DNA of 20,000 nt from the IMG/VR virus record IMGVR_UViG_3300048930_000871; one strand, written 5' to 3'. The stretch's first letter is position 1, and the number at the start of each line of letters is the position of its first letter. This DNA is from an uncultured virus (IMG/VR IMGVR_UViG_3300048930_000871) (taxonomy: Duplodnaviria; Heunggongvirae; Uroviricota; Caudoviricetes). Position numbers and translations under genes: made by a program. This document shows positions 8,722 through 17,539 of this stretch, one piece after another. Under the pieces are notes generated by a model. That model ran no database searches. It saw only the letters and a program-made list of their open reading frames with translations, and was not told the origin of the DNA.

Positions 8722-10569
8722 TCACCAGGCGACGCCGGTCTTGTACTGGATCGCACCCGCGCGGCGGGAGGCCCAGGAGATATCCCAGATCAGGCGCAGC
8801 GCGAGGCTGTCCGTCTGGAACAGCGACCGAGTGGGGGTCGCAAGCACGCCCGAACCCTGCGCGCCGGTGGCGATCGGCAGCGGGGCCGAGTCCTCCATGT
8901 GGAGGGTGGCCTGGTTGCTCATGTCGAGCGCCGGCGAATCACCGTAGCCCTGCACGAATTCCGCCTGGTCGATCAGGAACACGATGGCGGAGGGCACGTT
9001 GATCGACGTGATGATCGGATAGCCGAACAGCCGGCCCTGGGAGACTTCGTCCGCGAACGGGCGGGAATCCTCGGTGGAGGACAGCGCGGTCAGCAGGCCG
9101 ATACGCCGGCTTTCGTTCATGATCCACACCGGGCGCCGACCGGCACCGGCATCGATCATGCTCTGCACCATCGCGCGAAGATCCGCGACGATGTTGGCGA
9201 CGGTATTGCCGGCGGAGGCGGAGCCGGTTCCCATCACCTGGAGGCCGGCCGGGCGGATTGCCGAAGCCGCTGAGTTGTCCATCAGAGCCGCATCGATGTT
9301 GACCGCGGTATCCTCGATCATCATCTGGCGGAACAGCGGTTCGGCCGCCGGGGACGAGCGCTGCGCGAGTTCGCGGGTCATCGTCGTGATGACGCCGAGC
9401 TTGAACGGCGTGATGAGGACGCTGGTCAGCGCCGCCTGCTTGACCGGGATCGGAGCGCCTTCACCGACGAACGAACCCCCCAGGCTGCGGGCGGTACGGC
9501 CCGGCAGACGAACGGCGCCCGTGCGATCGAACGTGAGGCGCAGGCCGTTGAGAGCCGCCCACACGGATTCCGGCGACAGAAGGTCGAGGAACTCGCCGAT
9601 CTGCGTCTCGATCAATTCCGCGGCCCAGCCGGCGACGTTGGTCATCGCGGGGTTGGTCGCTGCGAGGGTCATCACCTCGACTTCCTTGTCGCCGCCGAAG
9701 TCGTTCAGGATGATGTCCTGCAGCGATCGGTTGGTGACATGGGACTTGGCGACGATGAAGGCGGAACGGAACAGGAGTTCGGCCTTCTGCCGCTCCTTCT
9801 TCGGCTGGGCGTGGGTGCGGCCACCGCCATTCGCCGGCTTGGAGCCGAGAGCGAGGGCGGCTTCGGCACGCTTCAGCGAAGCGAGGGTGGTCTCGGCAGA
9901 CTCCAGCTGGGCGGACAGCCCTTCCAGCGTGGCCGAATCACCTTCGTCCATGTCGTCCTTGGCGGCGAGATCGGCCACCTGATCCTTCAAATTGGTGACC
10001 TTTTCGGTCTGGGCACTGATGCGGTCGGCGAGGGTCGCCATTCCCGTATTCCTCTTGCTGGTGTGGGGACGAACGGCGGACTTGCCGGACTTGACTGGAG
10101 GCCGCGCCATGCTGTCTCGCATCTGCGCGTCCGCCAGGGTCTCCATCAATCGCAACGCCCCGGCATCGCCGGGTACCGTCACGAGACTGATTTCTCGAAG
10201 CTCCGCCTTGGTGACGGTCAGCTTGTCGGTCTTGGGATTATAGTCATGCTCGACCATCTTGAAGCCGACACTCGCGGCCTTCAAGATCTTCTGGTCGAGT
10301 AGACTCCACAGCGTATCGATGAAGGCGCTGGTCCCGCGAACGGCCAGCTTCAGCGTCGCCATGAGCTGGCCGCCTTCGACTCGGACATCTTCCCATAGAC
10401 CGATGGGGACGTCCGAATTGTGCATCCAGAGAGCGATGGGGTTCTTGCGGAAATCCGCAAGCTGCCACCCATCTTGGTTGATGGAAAACCCCTTCCGGTT
10501 CTGCCCCTCGCGGGACACCACGAACCGAAACGGATTGGCTGAGTCGGCGGTTGCGAGGAGCGTCTGCAT
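8722..10569 (-). CDS. Prohead protease-major capsid protein fusion (HK97 family)
   Basis: N-terminal protease (NPIALWMHN...PIG, LKAASVGF, ELREISLVTVPG), coiled-coil scaffold segment, then HK97-fold capsid (FVGEGAPIP, WIMN, RLFGYPIITS, SLFQTDSLALR). Confidence 0.96.
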   Translation of the reverse strand: MQTLLATADSANPFRFVVSREGQNRKGFSINQDGWQLADFRKNPIALWMHNSDVPIGLWEDVRVEGGQLMATLKLAVRGTSAFIDTLWSLLDQKILKAASVGFKMVEHDYNPKTDKLTVTKAELREISLVTVPGDAGALRLMETLADAQMRDSMARPPVKSGKSAVRPHTSKRNTGMATLADRISAQTEKVTNLKDQVADLAAKDDMDEGDSATLEGLSAQLESAETTLASLKRAEAALALGSKPANGGGRTHAQPKKERQKAELLFRSAFIVAKSHVTNRSLQDIILNDFGGDKEVEVMTLAATNPAMTNVAGWAAELIETQIGEFLDLLSPESVWAALNGLRLTFDRTGAVRLPGRTARSLGGSFVGEGAPIPVKQAALTSVLITPFKLGVITTMTRELAQRSSPAAEPLFRQMMIEDTAVNIDAALMDNSAASAIRPAGLQVMGTGSASAGNTVANIVADLRAMVQSMIDAGAGRRPVWIMNESRRIGLLTALSSTEDSRPFADEVSQGRLFGYPIITSINVPSAIVFLIDQAEFVQGYGDSPALDMSNQATLHMEDSAPLPIATGAQGSGVLATPTRSLFQTDSLALRLIWDISWASRRAGAIQYKTGVAW

Positions 10570-10579
10570 AATGGGAAGC

Positions 10580-10611
10580 AGTATAACTCCGATTTCTTAG
10601 ACTGCGCAAGG
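10580..10611 (-). promoter_or_regulatory. Putative promoter for the protease-capsid gene
   Basis: TTGCGC-18 bp-TATACT, ending 10 nt upstream of the ATG. Confidence 0.6.
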
Positions 10612-10612
10612 G

Positions 10613-12343
10613 CTAAATAATCGCAATAGGCGAAATATTCCCCGTGTCTGCAAAGGGGAGTTCCTTGGCTCGGATAGCCATCGCCATGGCGACAAAGCCA
10701 TCGATCCTGGCCGTGCGACTGGACTTGTCGAACTTGCGATTTCCCGCAGGATCCTGAAGAGCCCGAACGTTCATCGCGTTCCACTTCAGAACCGGATGGT
10801 TGTCGTGGATGATAGTAGCGTTGAGAAGTGCCGTCTCTGTCGCTTCTACCATCAGCGAACCATCTTTGTATCCCTGACCGATGGGTGTCAAGGGAACTTC
10901 AACGCCGTATTCGTCGAACCACGTCTTCAGCACATCGACGCGCCAGCGGTCAAACCCGATGACACGGATGTTATACAGAGCCGATAGTTCGGCAATTCTC
11001 TGCGTGACAAATCGGAAATCTACCGACTTGCCAGGGATGGCTTCCAAGTACCCCCCGGCAGCCCAGGCTTCGTACGGAACCTTATCCTTCTTGCTGCGTT
11101 CGCTGAGTGTGTCTTCTGGAGTCCAGAAGAAAGGCAGCACGACTTGAGGATCGTCGAACACCAGCACCAGGGAGGACAAGTCCACCTTCGAGGACAAGTC
11201 GAGGCCGGCCGTGCAGGATTGACCCTCAAGCTGATCATAGTCCACGGGTTGGTAGCACCGCGCCCAGGTGACTTCGTCGACCAAGGTTGCTTGCTGCGAT
11301 ACTCGCTGATTAAGGTATAAATTCCTAAAAGAATTCATCATCGTCGGCAGCATTCTCGCCCGACCGGCGTACTGCCTCATCTCGTCCAGGCTTCGAAAAT
11401 CTCCCAGCGCGGGATTGGCTAGGTGCCACTTGGACTCGTCGAACGGGTCCTCGTTCATGGGGAGAGCGTACTTGGTCAGGTGAAAGGTTGGGTCGTCGAC
11501 CTCGCCTTTCTGTATCTGCTCTCCGTAGTCAATGAGTTCGCTGAGAACTGCCGAATCCTCGGGCGCCTGCGTGCTGATGACGAGAGACAGCGGTTCCTTC
11601 TGCGCGCCCATGGACGTCGTCATAACGTCGAACAGCATACGGTCATGGCTGAACTGCGCGAATTCATCGAACAGCACGAAATTTGGGTTAAGACCGTGCT
11701 TGGAGCGGGATTCGGAGGACAGTGCGCGAAAGACACTGTTCGAGACCTGGCAAGTCGCCCGTTTGTTGGATTCGGTGAGAATAATGCGACTAGCTAGATC
11801 TTCATCCTGAAGCACCATGGACTGCAGGACACGGAACGCCAGCGCCGCCTGACCGACCTCGAAGGCTACGCTGAATAGCTGCCCGTTCCATATCGCACAG
11901 GGTCCCGTCAGGTGACCGAGGATCAACCCCCCGGCCAGCGAGGTCTTGCCATTCTTGCGTGCCATGGTCCACACGGCTTGCCTGATAGCCCGAACGATCT
12001 CACCCTTGTCGTTCTTCCTCGTCGGAGCGTAGACCTGCCTGATCATTCGCTTCTGCCAATCGCGGAGTTCAATCAGCTTTCCGACATCTGGGCCATCAGG
12101 AACCTTCAGCGTGTGGATGAAGGCGATCATCTTCTCCTCGATCGGCATCGTTGGCTCGACGCGAGGCTTCTTGGGCGAGGCCGGGATGCTGGTGATAGAG
12201 CCGGCTGCCTTCCTGGTTGTGCTGACCGCAGCCGTCGCCAGCCCGAGCACTGCTCCGAGACCATCCACATTGGACTTGCTCGGAGAACGCTTGGGCGGCA
12301 GGAAGTCTAGATTGGGCTTCTTCGTTCTCTTGATGACTTGCAT
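10613..12343 (-). CDS. terL: Terminase large subunit (HK97-like)
   Basis: LRDWQK Q-motif, Walker A MARKNGKT, Walker B VLFDE, ISTQ, ANPALG, GLDLS and RIDGFVA nuclease motifs. Confidence 0.97.
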   Translation of the reverse strand: MQVIKRTKKPNLDFLPPKRSPSKSNVDGLGAVLGLATAAVSTTRKAAGSITSIPASPKKPRVEPTMPIEEKMIAFIHTLKVPDGPDVGKLIELRDWQKRMIRQVYAPTRKNDKGEIVRAIRQAVWTMARKNGKTSLAGGLILGHLTGPCAIWNGQLFSVAFEVGQAALAFRVLQSMVLQDEDLASRIILTESNKRATCQVSNSVFRALSSESRSKHGLNPNFVLFDEFAQFSHDRMLFDVMTTSMGAQKEPLSLVISTQAPEDSAVLSELIDYGEQIQKGEVDDPTFHLTKYALPMNEDPFDESKWHLANPALGDFRSLDEMRQYAGRARMLPTMMNSFRNLYLNQRVSQQATLVDEVTWARCYQPVDYDQLEGQSCTAGLDLSSKVDLSSLVLVFDDPQVVLPFFWTPEDTLSERSKKDKVPYEAWAAGGYLEAIPGKSVDFRFVTQRIAELSALYNIRVIGFDRWRVDVLKTWFDEYGVEVPLTPIGQGYKDGSLMVEATETALLNATIIHDNHPVLKWNAMNVRALQDPAGNRKFDKSSRTARIDGFVAMAMAIRAKELPFADTGNISPIAII

Positions 12344-12344
12344 G

Positions 12345-12833
12345 TCAGCCGTGTCCGACGTAAGTCAGGCCAGTCCTCATATCCCTCGACGATTCTCCAA
12401 CCTCATCTTGACGCTTGGCTTGGTTGGCGACACGAACCTCCGCACGAGCACGAAGTACCATCTGGATGATGTGGCTGGTGCCGAGGGATAGCTGGTTCTC
12501 ATATCTCGTGACAATGCGAGACATGCGATCCCAGTTCATCATGGCCCGAGTATCGTCGGGATCCTTTTCGAAGATGTCGCTGAATCGCATCATGTGCTCC
12601 ACGGCCCGGACATACTGAATCATCATCGGTATGTGTCGGGCGCGGAAGAACTCCAGCGGGACATCGCTCAGCGCGGCGATCCACAGATTCCGCTGCATGT
12701 CCGTCAGGAATTCCGGCGGGGGAAATCTTTCCAGGGCAGCGGTCATCAGCGCCGTATTGCCGAACGATGACTGGCGGAGCATCGTACCCTGACGAGGAGA
12801 CGCTCTGCCGTTCTGGCTACTCCGACTTACCAT
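12345..12833 (-). CDS. terS: Terminase small subunit (putative)
   Basis: PPPEFLTDMQRNLW motif and helical body; lies between HNH and TerL; AGGAG RBS. Confidence 0.8.
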   Translation of the reverse strand: MVSRSSQNGRASPRQGTMLRQSSFGNTALMTAALERFPPPEFLTDMQRNLWIAALSDVPLEFFRARHIPMMIQYVRAVEHMMRFSDIFEKDPDDTRAMMNWDRMSRIVTRYENQLSLGTSHIIQMVLRARAEVRVANQAKRQDEVGESSRDMRTGLTYVGHG

Positions 12834-13200
12834 GATATCTCCTGTTCAGGAATTGCGAGCGGGCAGATTTTCCCATCTGCCTAGCCTGCAACACCACTGT
12901 CTTTCCGTTGAGGCTGCCATCCAGCGATACGTCCGGGCGAGTATCCACTTCGCCGTGTTTTTCACGCCCGGACTTCGCATCGTGACAATCCTTACATAGC
13001 GATTGAAGATTGTCATCTCCGAGACTCCCCCCACGGGCTCTCGGAATAATGTGGTCGACTGTAGTCGCTGGAGTGGTGTAACCTAGCTGAGCGCACGTGC
13101 GACAGTTTGGTTCTTTCAATAACCACTCTCTTCGCCTTCGTACCCACCCAGGATCTGCTTTCAGCAAGTGTGGGATCTTGCGGTTGTAGGTTGACATCAT
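12817..13200 (-). CDS. Terminase-associated HNH endonuclease (HK97 gp74-like)
   Basis: EPNCRTC...ATTVDHIIP...GG...NLQSLCKDCHDAKS. Confidence 0.95.
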   Translation of the reverse strand: MMSTYNRKIPHLLKADPGWVRRRREWLLKEPNCRTCAQLGYTTPATTVDHIIPRARGGSLGDDNLQSLCKDCHDAKSGREKHGEVDTRPDVSLDGSLNGKTVVLQARQMGKSARSQFLNRRYHGKSE

Positions 13201-13594
13201 CCCCTATCCATTGTCTGAAGAGACGTGACATCTGGGACATCGCATAGCACTTCTGTGACAAGCACCCGTTGCGAGAACAGTCTCTGAAATCCCCCGCCTC
13301 CACATGCCAGAATTGCGTTTTGTCTCTACTGTTCCAGGCAAGAATGTGGACTATACCTCCTCGCCCAGCGTGTTCTTCGGCCCAATTTATCTGCGTAGGG
13401 CGAACTTTGATTCTAGCATTCGGCCCCTTAGCTATCTTCAACTCAACCCAGATGTGCAGATCGTCTTGTCCACGTAGCAAGACATCAGGCCACCCATCGT
13501 CTACTGCGTTCTCCAAGCGGCCTGGATTTAGCCCGACGCGTATCGCGGACCGTCTCACAGATACATAGAACCGCTTTTCATCTAGAGTAGACAT
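13013..13594 (-). CDS. VRR-NUC / PD-(D/E)XK Holliday-junction-resolvase-like nuclease
   Basis: RLEN...GWPDV...WVELK...RPTQINW...GG motifs; the C-terminal ~60 aa overlap the HNH gene. Confidence 0.85.
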   Translation of the reverse strand: MSTLDEKRFYVSVRRSAIRVGLNPGRLENAVDDGWPDVLLRGQDDLHIWVELKIAKGPNARIKVRPTQINWAEEHAGRGGIVHILAWNSRDKTQFWHVEAGDFRDCSRNGCLSQKCYAMSQMSRLFRQWIGDDVNLQPQDPTLAESRSWVGTKAKRVVIERTKLSHVRSARLHHSSDYSRPHYSESPWGESRR

Positions 13595-13599
13595 GTGAT

Positions 13600-13631
13600 A
13601 TCATTGCATCGGGGTGGCTGACTAGGCAAGG
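13600..13631 (-). promoter_or_regulatory. Putative promoter at the head of the late operon
   Basis: TTGCCT-18 bp-(TGc)AATGAT, 5 nt before the ATG; shares CCTTGCnnAGTC with the capsid promoter. Confidence 0.5.
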
Positions 13632-13662
13632 AGCCAAGTTCTGCCCCTGTAGACCTGTTGCA

Positions 13663-13749
13663 GGCGCATGGGTGCTATGCAAGTGCGGCATTGGTCGCTA
13701 GCCCTGTCTTAAGGCTACCCTGCACCGTGGCAATAGGGCCATGAAGGAG
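13663..13749 (+). promoter_or_regulatory. Conserved promoter/leader element, copy 1
   Basis: GCAT-N7-ATGC box, gcTACCCT, then TGGCAATAGGGCCATGAAGGAG. Confidence 0.7.
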
Positions 13750-13757
13750 TTTAGGTG

Positions 13758-14042
13758 ATGCCCAGCAATCGTAAACTAGGTCGTTCCAACGTACAGGTGA
13801 TGTTCCGCATCACCCGAGGCCAGCTTGCCGAACTCTACTGCAAGGGCTACTCGGCCGATCAAATGATGACGCATACCCACCACGTTCTGGATGGGTTCGG
13901 AATCCCCCCGGGCAGCAACACCCGCAGCCGACTCTGCGTCGCGTTATGGAATATCAGCCACCGGCCGGGAGTTCCTTCCATCTGCGACATGCTGGCCGAA
14001 AAGGAACAGTTTGACGTGGAGGGCAAGTTCGATGTCTGCTGA
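13758..14042 (+). CDS. Hypothetical phage protein
   Basis: AAGGAG RBS, ATG at 13758; first gene of cassette 1. Confidence 0.75.
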   Translation: MPSNRKLGRSNVQVMFRITRGQLAELYCKGYSADQMMTHTHHVLDGFGIPPGSNTRSRLCVALWNISHRPGVPSICDMLAEKEQFDVEGKFDVC

Positions 14043-14319
14043 AGTCCTGAAGGCTATCATCGAACTGTTTGAAACGGACAGCGGTTCCCCGTTTCAGCAA
14101 GCAGACATTGAAGAAGCTGATTTCTTGTGGGATCAGCTCAGCAAAGAAGGAAAGGATTTTCTTATCAACCTGTCCCGTGAAGATTTGACGAACGTGGTCA
14201 TTGGTGAAGTTCGCCAGCAAGGGAACATCGAGGTCTGCCTATTCAATGGTGGATGGAAAGAGGTCCCAGCTGAAGTCAGTGGCTTTCTGAATTATGTCTT
14301 CGAAGGAGCTCCGCGATGA
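14032..14319 (+). CDS. Hypothetical acidic protein
   Basis: Start revised to ATG 14032 (MSAEVLKAII), GGAGGG RBS; ATGA-coupled to the next gene. Confidence 0.75.
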   Translation: MSAEVLKAIIELFETDSGSPFQQADIEEADFLWDQLSKEGKDFLINLSREDLTNVVIGEVRQQGNIEVCLFNGGWKEVPAEVSGFLNYVFEGAPR

Positions 14320-14597
14320 GCAAGTTTCTTATGAATCGAGAACATCGCCGGCGCAAGCGGGCGGCGTTCAATCAGGCCGTTCGCCACTACAAGGATCTAA
14401 AGCTAGCAATCTCGAACATGCAGCGTCTGGCCGCTGAATTCGAGGTGGAATACCGAAAGGTGCCTCTTCGCTCCCACGCGAAAAAGGCCGGGGCCATACG
14501 CGATTCTCTTGGTGTTCTACACGAATCCATGTCGGACAGCGAGATGAACGTGGAGAGTATCTTCCACGAGTTCAACATCCTTCCGGAGGAAGTGTGA
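14316..14597 (+). CDS. Hypothetical helical protein
   Basis: AAGGAG RBS; ATGA coupling. Confidence 0.75.
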   Translation: MSKFLMNREHRRRKRAAFNQAVRHYKDLKLAISNMQRLAAEFEVEYRKVPLRSHAKKAGAIRDSLGVLHESMSDSEMNVESIFHEFNILPEEV

Positions 14598-15082
14598 TGT
14601 CTAATTATCTGGACATGTTGTTCTTCTCGGCCATGCTTCTGCTGATATGCGTATTCGGTGGATGCGCCAGCACGCAACCGGCGGATTACGAAATCGCATG
14701 TCGGGCCGAGCAACCGGCTCGAGAAATCGAACGGGCTGCACGCATTCGTCGAGATGCTGCCTCCATCCGAAGAAATATCGCTATCCGGGAACAGCACCCG
14801 CTTCCGGATTCCAGTCAGGAACTGGCCTATAGCCGAAATCTTCTGCGCCTCCTGGAAAATCCAACGGAGGAAGAAACGGCTCAGCGCCTTGCTGACCAGC
14901 AAGATCTCTGTGTCCATCTTCGAGTGGCGGGGGCTGAACGCAGAAATGACAGGGCTTTGCTCGCTGGACTAGCCGTGGGCCTGGGTGCGGCCAGCGACGC
15001 CCTGTGGATCAACAATATCCAGACGGCACCTCTGCAGACAATTGCCCCCCTGCGGCGTGATAGTTTGCTGGACGCCCGGTGA
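14597..15082 (+). CDS. Putative lipoprotein
   Basis: Hydrophobic N-terminus ending VFGG-C-AST (lipobox-like) and a second hydrophobic Gly/Ala segment; GGAGG RBS. Confidence 0.6.
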   Translation: MSNYLDMLFFSAMLLLICVFGGCASTQPADYEIACRAEQPAREIERAARIRRDAASIRRNIAIREQHPLPDSSQELAYSRNLLRLLENPTEEETAQRLADQQDLCVHLRVAGAERRNDRALLAGLAVGLGAASDALWINNIQTAPLQTIAPLRRDSLLDAR

Positions 15083-15092
15083 CTGTGCGGCC

Positions 15093-15187
15093 GGCGCATA
15101 GGCCCATGCAGTGAGCGCATGCCCGACATGTTGCTCTTGCATAACTCCTATGCCACACTGCCATGTGGCAATGGGGCTACGAAGGAG
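15093..15187 (+). promoter_or_regulatory. Conserved promoter/leader element, copy 2
   Basis: Three GCAT..ATGC-type boxes; TTGCTC-17-CACACT with extended -10 TG; TGGCAATGGGGCTACGAAGGAG. Confidence 0.7.
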
Positions 15188-15194
15188 CTAATTC

Positions 15195-15419
15195 GTGTCT
15201 AAGCGCAATAACTCCATGTTCAAGAGACTTCCGGATCGTTGGTTCGTGGATTTCAACGCCTGGAAGATGGAAGTGTCCAACATCATCCGCCGTCGCACAG
15301 GTTTGTCAGCGGATGATTTTCCAGACTGGAACTATCGCGAAGCATTCGACAATCGTGTCAAGCCCCCGCAGGCGGCCACCCGCGCTATCAACACCTTCAA
15401 GAAGGACATGGGTATATGA
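15195..15419 (+). CDS. Small hypothetical phage protein
   Basis: GTG start after AAGGAG; 74 aa; ATGA-coupled downstream. Confidence 0.75.
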   Translation: MSKRNNSMFKRLPDRWFVDFNAWKMEVSNIIRRRTGLSADDFPDWNYREAFDNRVKPPQAATRAINTFKKDMGI

Positions 15420-16042
15420 GCGACCAGACCGAAGAGAATGTTGTCACCCTCGCGCTTGCCATCGGCAAAGTCTGGAATGGACACAGCGACGAAGAGGTGG
15501 GGCCGGACGTTATTCAACTCTGGCAATACATTCTTCGCTGTCTACCTTCCAGGGACTTCGAGTTCCTTTGGGGTCTAAACAGGGAAAAAGGTGGCGCTCT
15601 CGACACTCTTATCATGGAATCTGTTACCGATGACATGATAGAAGATTCACCTGAACGCTCAGTTATGATAGCGATCGAGCACTACTTCGGTCTATATGAG
15701 GAATGGACTTCCGATAAAAACGATTTCCTGACACAGCTCGTGGAGGCGTGCGGGTATAGACATCCCCTCGGTGGCTACGAGGAATGGGTGTGGATGTTCT
15801 GCCACCTGCCAATTCGTGAAGATGATCTGGTTCTTCTGCAGGGCTTGTCCCCGGAACAGCTAGAAGTCATCATGCCGGGATCGTCCTACGGCAGCATCGA
15901 AAACGATCCGGACCTGGCAAAGCTTCTCGATCGGGCTCCCAAGGAAACCTGGGTGGAGTTGGACAAACGTCTGAATCACACCTACGCCCTATTCGAGGAG
16001 TTCGTGGCTGACCACCCGGAAAACTGGCGCGACCTTCCCTGA
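15416..16042 (+). CDS. Hypothetical highly acidic protein
   Basis: 208 aa, strongly Asp/Glu-rich; AAGGA RBS. Confidence 0.8.
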   Translation: MSDQTEENVVTLALAIGKVWNGHSDEEVGPDVIQLWQYILRCLPSRDFEFLWGLNREKGGALDTLIMESVTDDMIEDSPERSVMIAIEHYFGLYEEWTSDKNDFLTQLVEACGYRHPLGGYEEWVWMFCHLPIREDDLVLLQGLSPEQLEVIMPGSSYGSIENDPDLAKLLDRAPKETWVELDKRLNHTYALFEEFVADHPENWRDLP

Positions 16043-16053
16043 GGCGTGCGGCG

Positions 16054-16150
16054 GGCGCAAGGCGGGCATGCGGGTCTTGCATGGCTCCTAGGCTGGTCTT
16101 GCGCCCACTCTACATGGCACAATGCCCCTGGCAATAGGGCCAAGAAAGGG
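16054..16150 (+). promoter_or_regulatory. Conserved promoter/leader element, copy 3
   Basis: Two degenerate GCAT-N7-ATGC boxes, TGgCACAAT, TGGCAATAGGGCCAAGAAAGGG. Confidence 0.7.
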
Positions 16151-16159
16151 ATCATCACC

Positions 16160-16711
16160 GTGCGAAATCCTGTCACCGTTGCGGGCCACCGCAATCGTCT
16201 CCGGCAACACCTTCGCGAACACCCTGTCGCGCAGCGCATTCTTCTTCGAATCCTCAACACTGCTCCTGAATCGCATCTGGTTTCCTATCTGGAGGGTGCC
16301 CGCTGCTATTCTTTCGAAATGCCGGTGTCTGGCATCGAGCAGATGTTATCGTCCGCAATCGCCGTGGTCTCTTCTCCCAACGGGGCCAGCGAATTGCTGT
16401 CGATTGTCGTTCCTCGCACAGCGAAAATGCCGAAGGGAGCGCACGCATCCCTCTACGTGCAAGAGATCAAGCGCCTCATCACCGCTTCTCCCAAGGTACA
16501 GGAGCAGATGAGTCAATTGCTCACCTTCGAAATCATTCCCCCCACCGGTGAACTCGCTGTGTCGCGGTGGGTGCATTGTCGTCAGATATGGTTGGACAGC
16601 GAGCATCCCGATAAGGATGCGGTGGCTGACTGCCTGCAACTCGCCATTGACCTGGTCGGTGTCTTTGATATGGACCCGTCCGATGTTCGTATCAAGATCC
16701 TGGGGGAGTAA
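16160..16711 (+). CDS. Hypothetical protein
   Basis: Start revised to GTG 16160 (MRNPVTVAG), downstream of the conserved leader and AAGGGA RBS. Confidence 0.7.
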   Translation: MRNPVTVAGHRNRLRQHLREHPVAQRILLRILNTAPESHLVSYLEGARCYSFEMPVSGIEQMLSSAIAVVSSPNGASELLSIVVPRTAKMPKGAHASLYVQEIKRLITASPKVQEQMSQLLTFEIIPPTGELAVSRWVHCRQIWLDSEHPDKDAVADCLQLAIDLVGVFDMDPSDVRIKILGE

Positions 16712-16716
16712 AGAAC

Positions 16717-17121
16717 ATGGAAATCCGTAAGCACGCTACGAATGAAGAAGCCCTGGTCGCATGTCATCAAGTCCGGGAGCAACTGATATCATCCGGAATC
16801 AAGCATGCCAATCGCCTGCGTGAACTCCGCACCGCCAACCTGAACTACGATATTGCGGTGATGAAGGGCGGCGGGATGGGCCTGATTTTCATCAAGGGAG
16901 GATCCAGTCTTCACGGTCAATACAAGTTCGGCCCGCTATGGTCATCCAATATTCATCGCTGTGGGCCGGATCTGGTGAGAAGGTGGAATGGGCACGCCGG
17001 CGAAAATCATGAAGTGGGGCTAGTCAAAATCCAAGAAGCCCTGGCGCAGGAGTGCGTGAAAATACTTACGCTGATGGCTGATCTCGAGAAATCTCGCGAG
17101 CGTCTGGAGTCAAGACAGTGA
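16717..17121 (+). CDS. Hypothetical protein
   Basis: GGGGAG RBS; 134 aa; in operon. Confidence 0.75.
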   Translation: MEIRKHATNEEALVACHQVREQLISSGIKHANRLRELRTANLNYDIAVMKGGGMGLIFIKGGSSLHGQYKFGPLWSSNIHRCGPDLVRRWNGHAGENHEVGLVKIQEALAQECVKILTLMADLEKSRERLESRQ

Positions 17122-17525
17122 ATCGATCCTCTGCCATTGGCACGAAATTGGCTCAGTTTTCTGTCGGCGATTTCAACCGAGCTCACATCCGGGTGGGCGT
17201 GCTTGAGATCTATGTTCGCCGAGGCCCGCTATTCCATGATAGGAAGTGGTATAGCGGGTTCACTCTGGCAAGCGTCAGCCTCCACCTTCCTCTCGTGGAT
17301 GGGCAGCCTCCTGAAAAGACTGGTCTGCTGCGGCCTGTCTTCGATTGGATGGAACGAAGCAGCTACCAGATGATAAAGGTCGAGAACGTGATATCCCCCC
17401 GGATGCTGGATATCGTTCTCCGTAACGGGTGGATGGAACTACCCGCGATGGGTGAACTTTCGGACGTCCGATCCTACGCCAAGGTGCGGCCCGGTGCCCA
17501 GGGTGGCACCGAGCGACCAATTTAG
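17118..17525 (+). CDS. Putative GNAT-fold (acetyltransferase-like) protein
   Basis: TLASVSL...EKTGLLRPVFDWME...IKVENVISPRMLDIVLRNGW resembles GNAT motifs A and B, with a degenerate CoA loop. Confidence 0.5.
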   Translation: MNRSSAIGTKLAQFSVGDFNRAHIRVGVLEIYVRRGPLFHDRKWYSGFTLASVSLHLPLVDGQPPEKTGLLRPVFDWMERSSYQMIKVENVISPRMLDIVLRNGWMELPAMGELSDVRSYAKVRPGAQGGTERPI

Positions 17526-17539
17526 GGCCTATTTAGAGC

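Noticed and set aside
2337..10600. Long plus-strand ORFs (e.g. 2337-3587, 4843-5262, 9074-9982)
   Set aside because: Antisense shadows of GC-rich structural genes, with no motifs of their own.
13595..13755. Lysogeny switch at the divergent junction
   Set aside because: No HTH repressor, Cro or integrase is recognisable, so lifestyle cannot be inferred from this window.
17137..17153. Second sigma-54-like site TTGGCACGAAATTGGCT
   Set aside because: Mismatch in the -12 element, lies inside a CDS, and no downstream plus-strand gene start.
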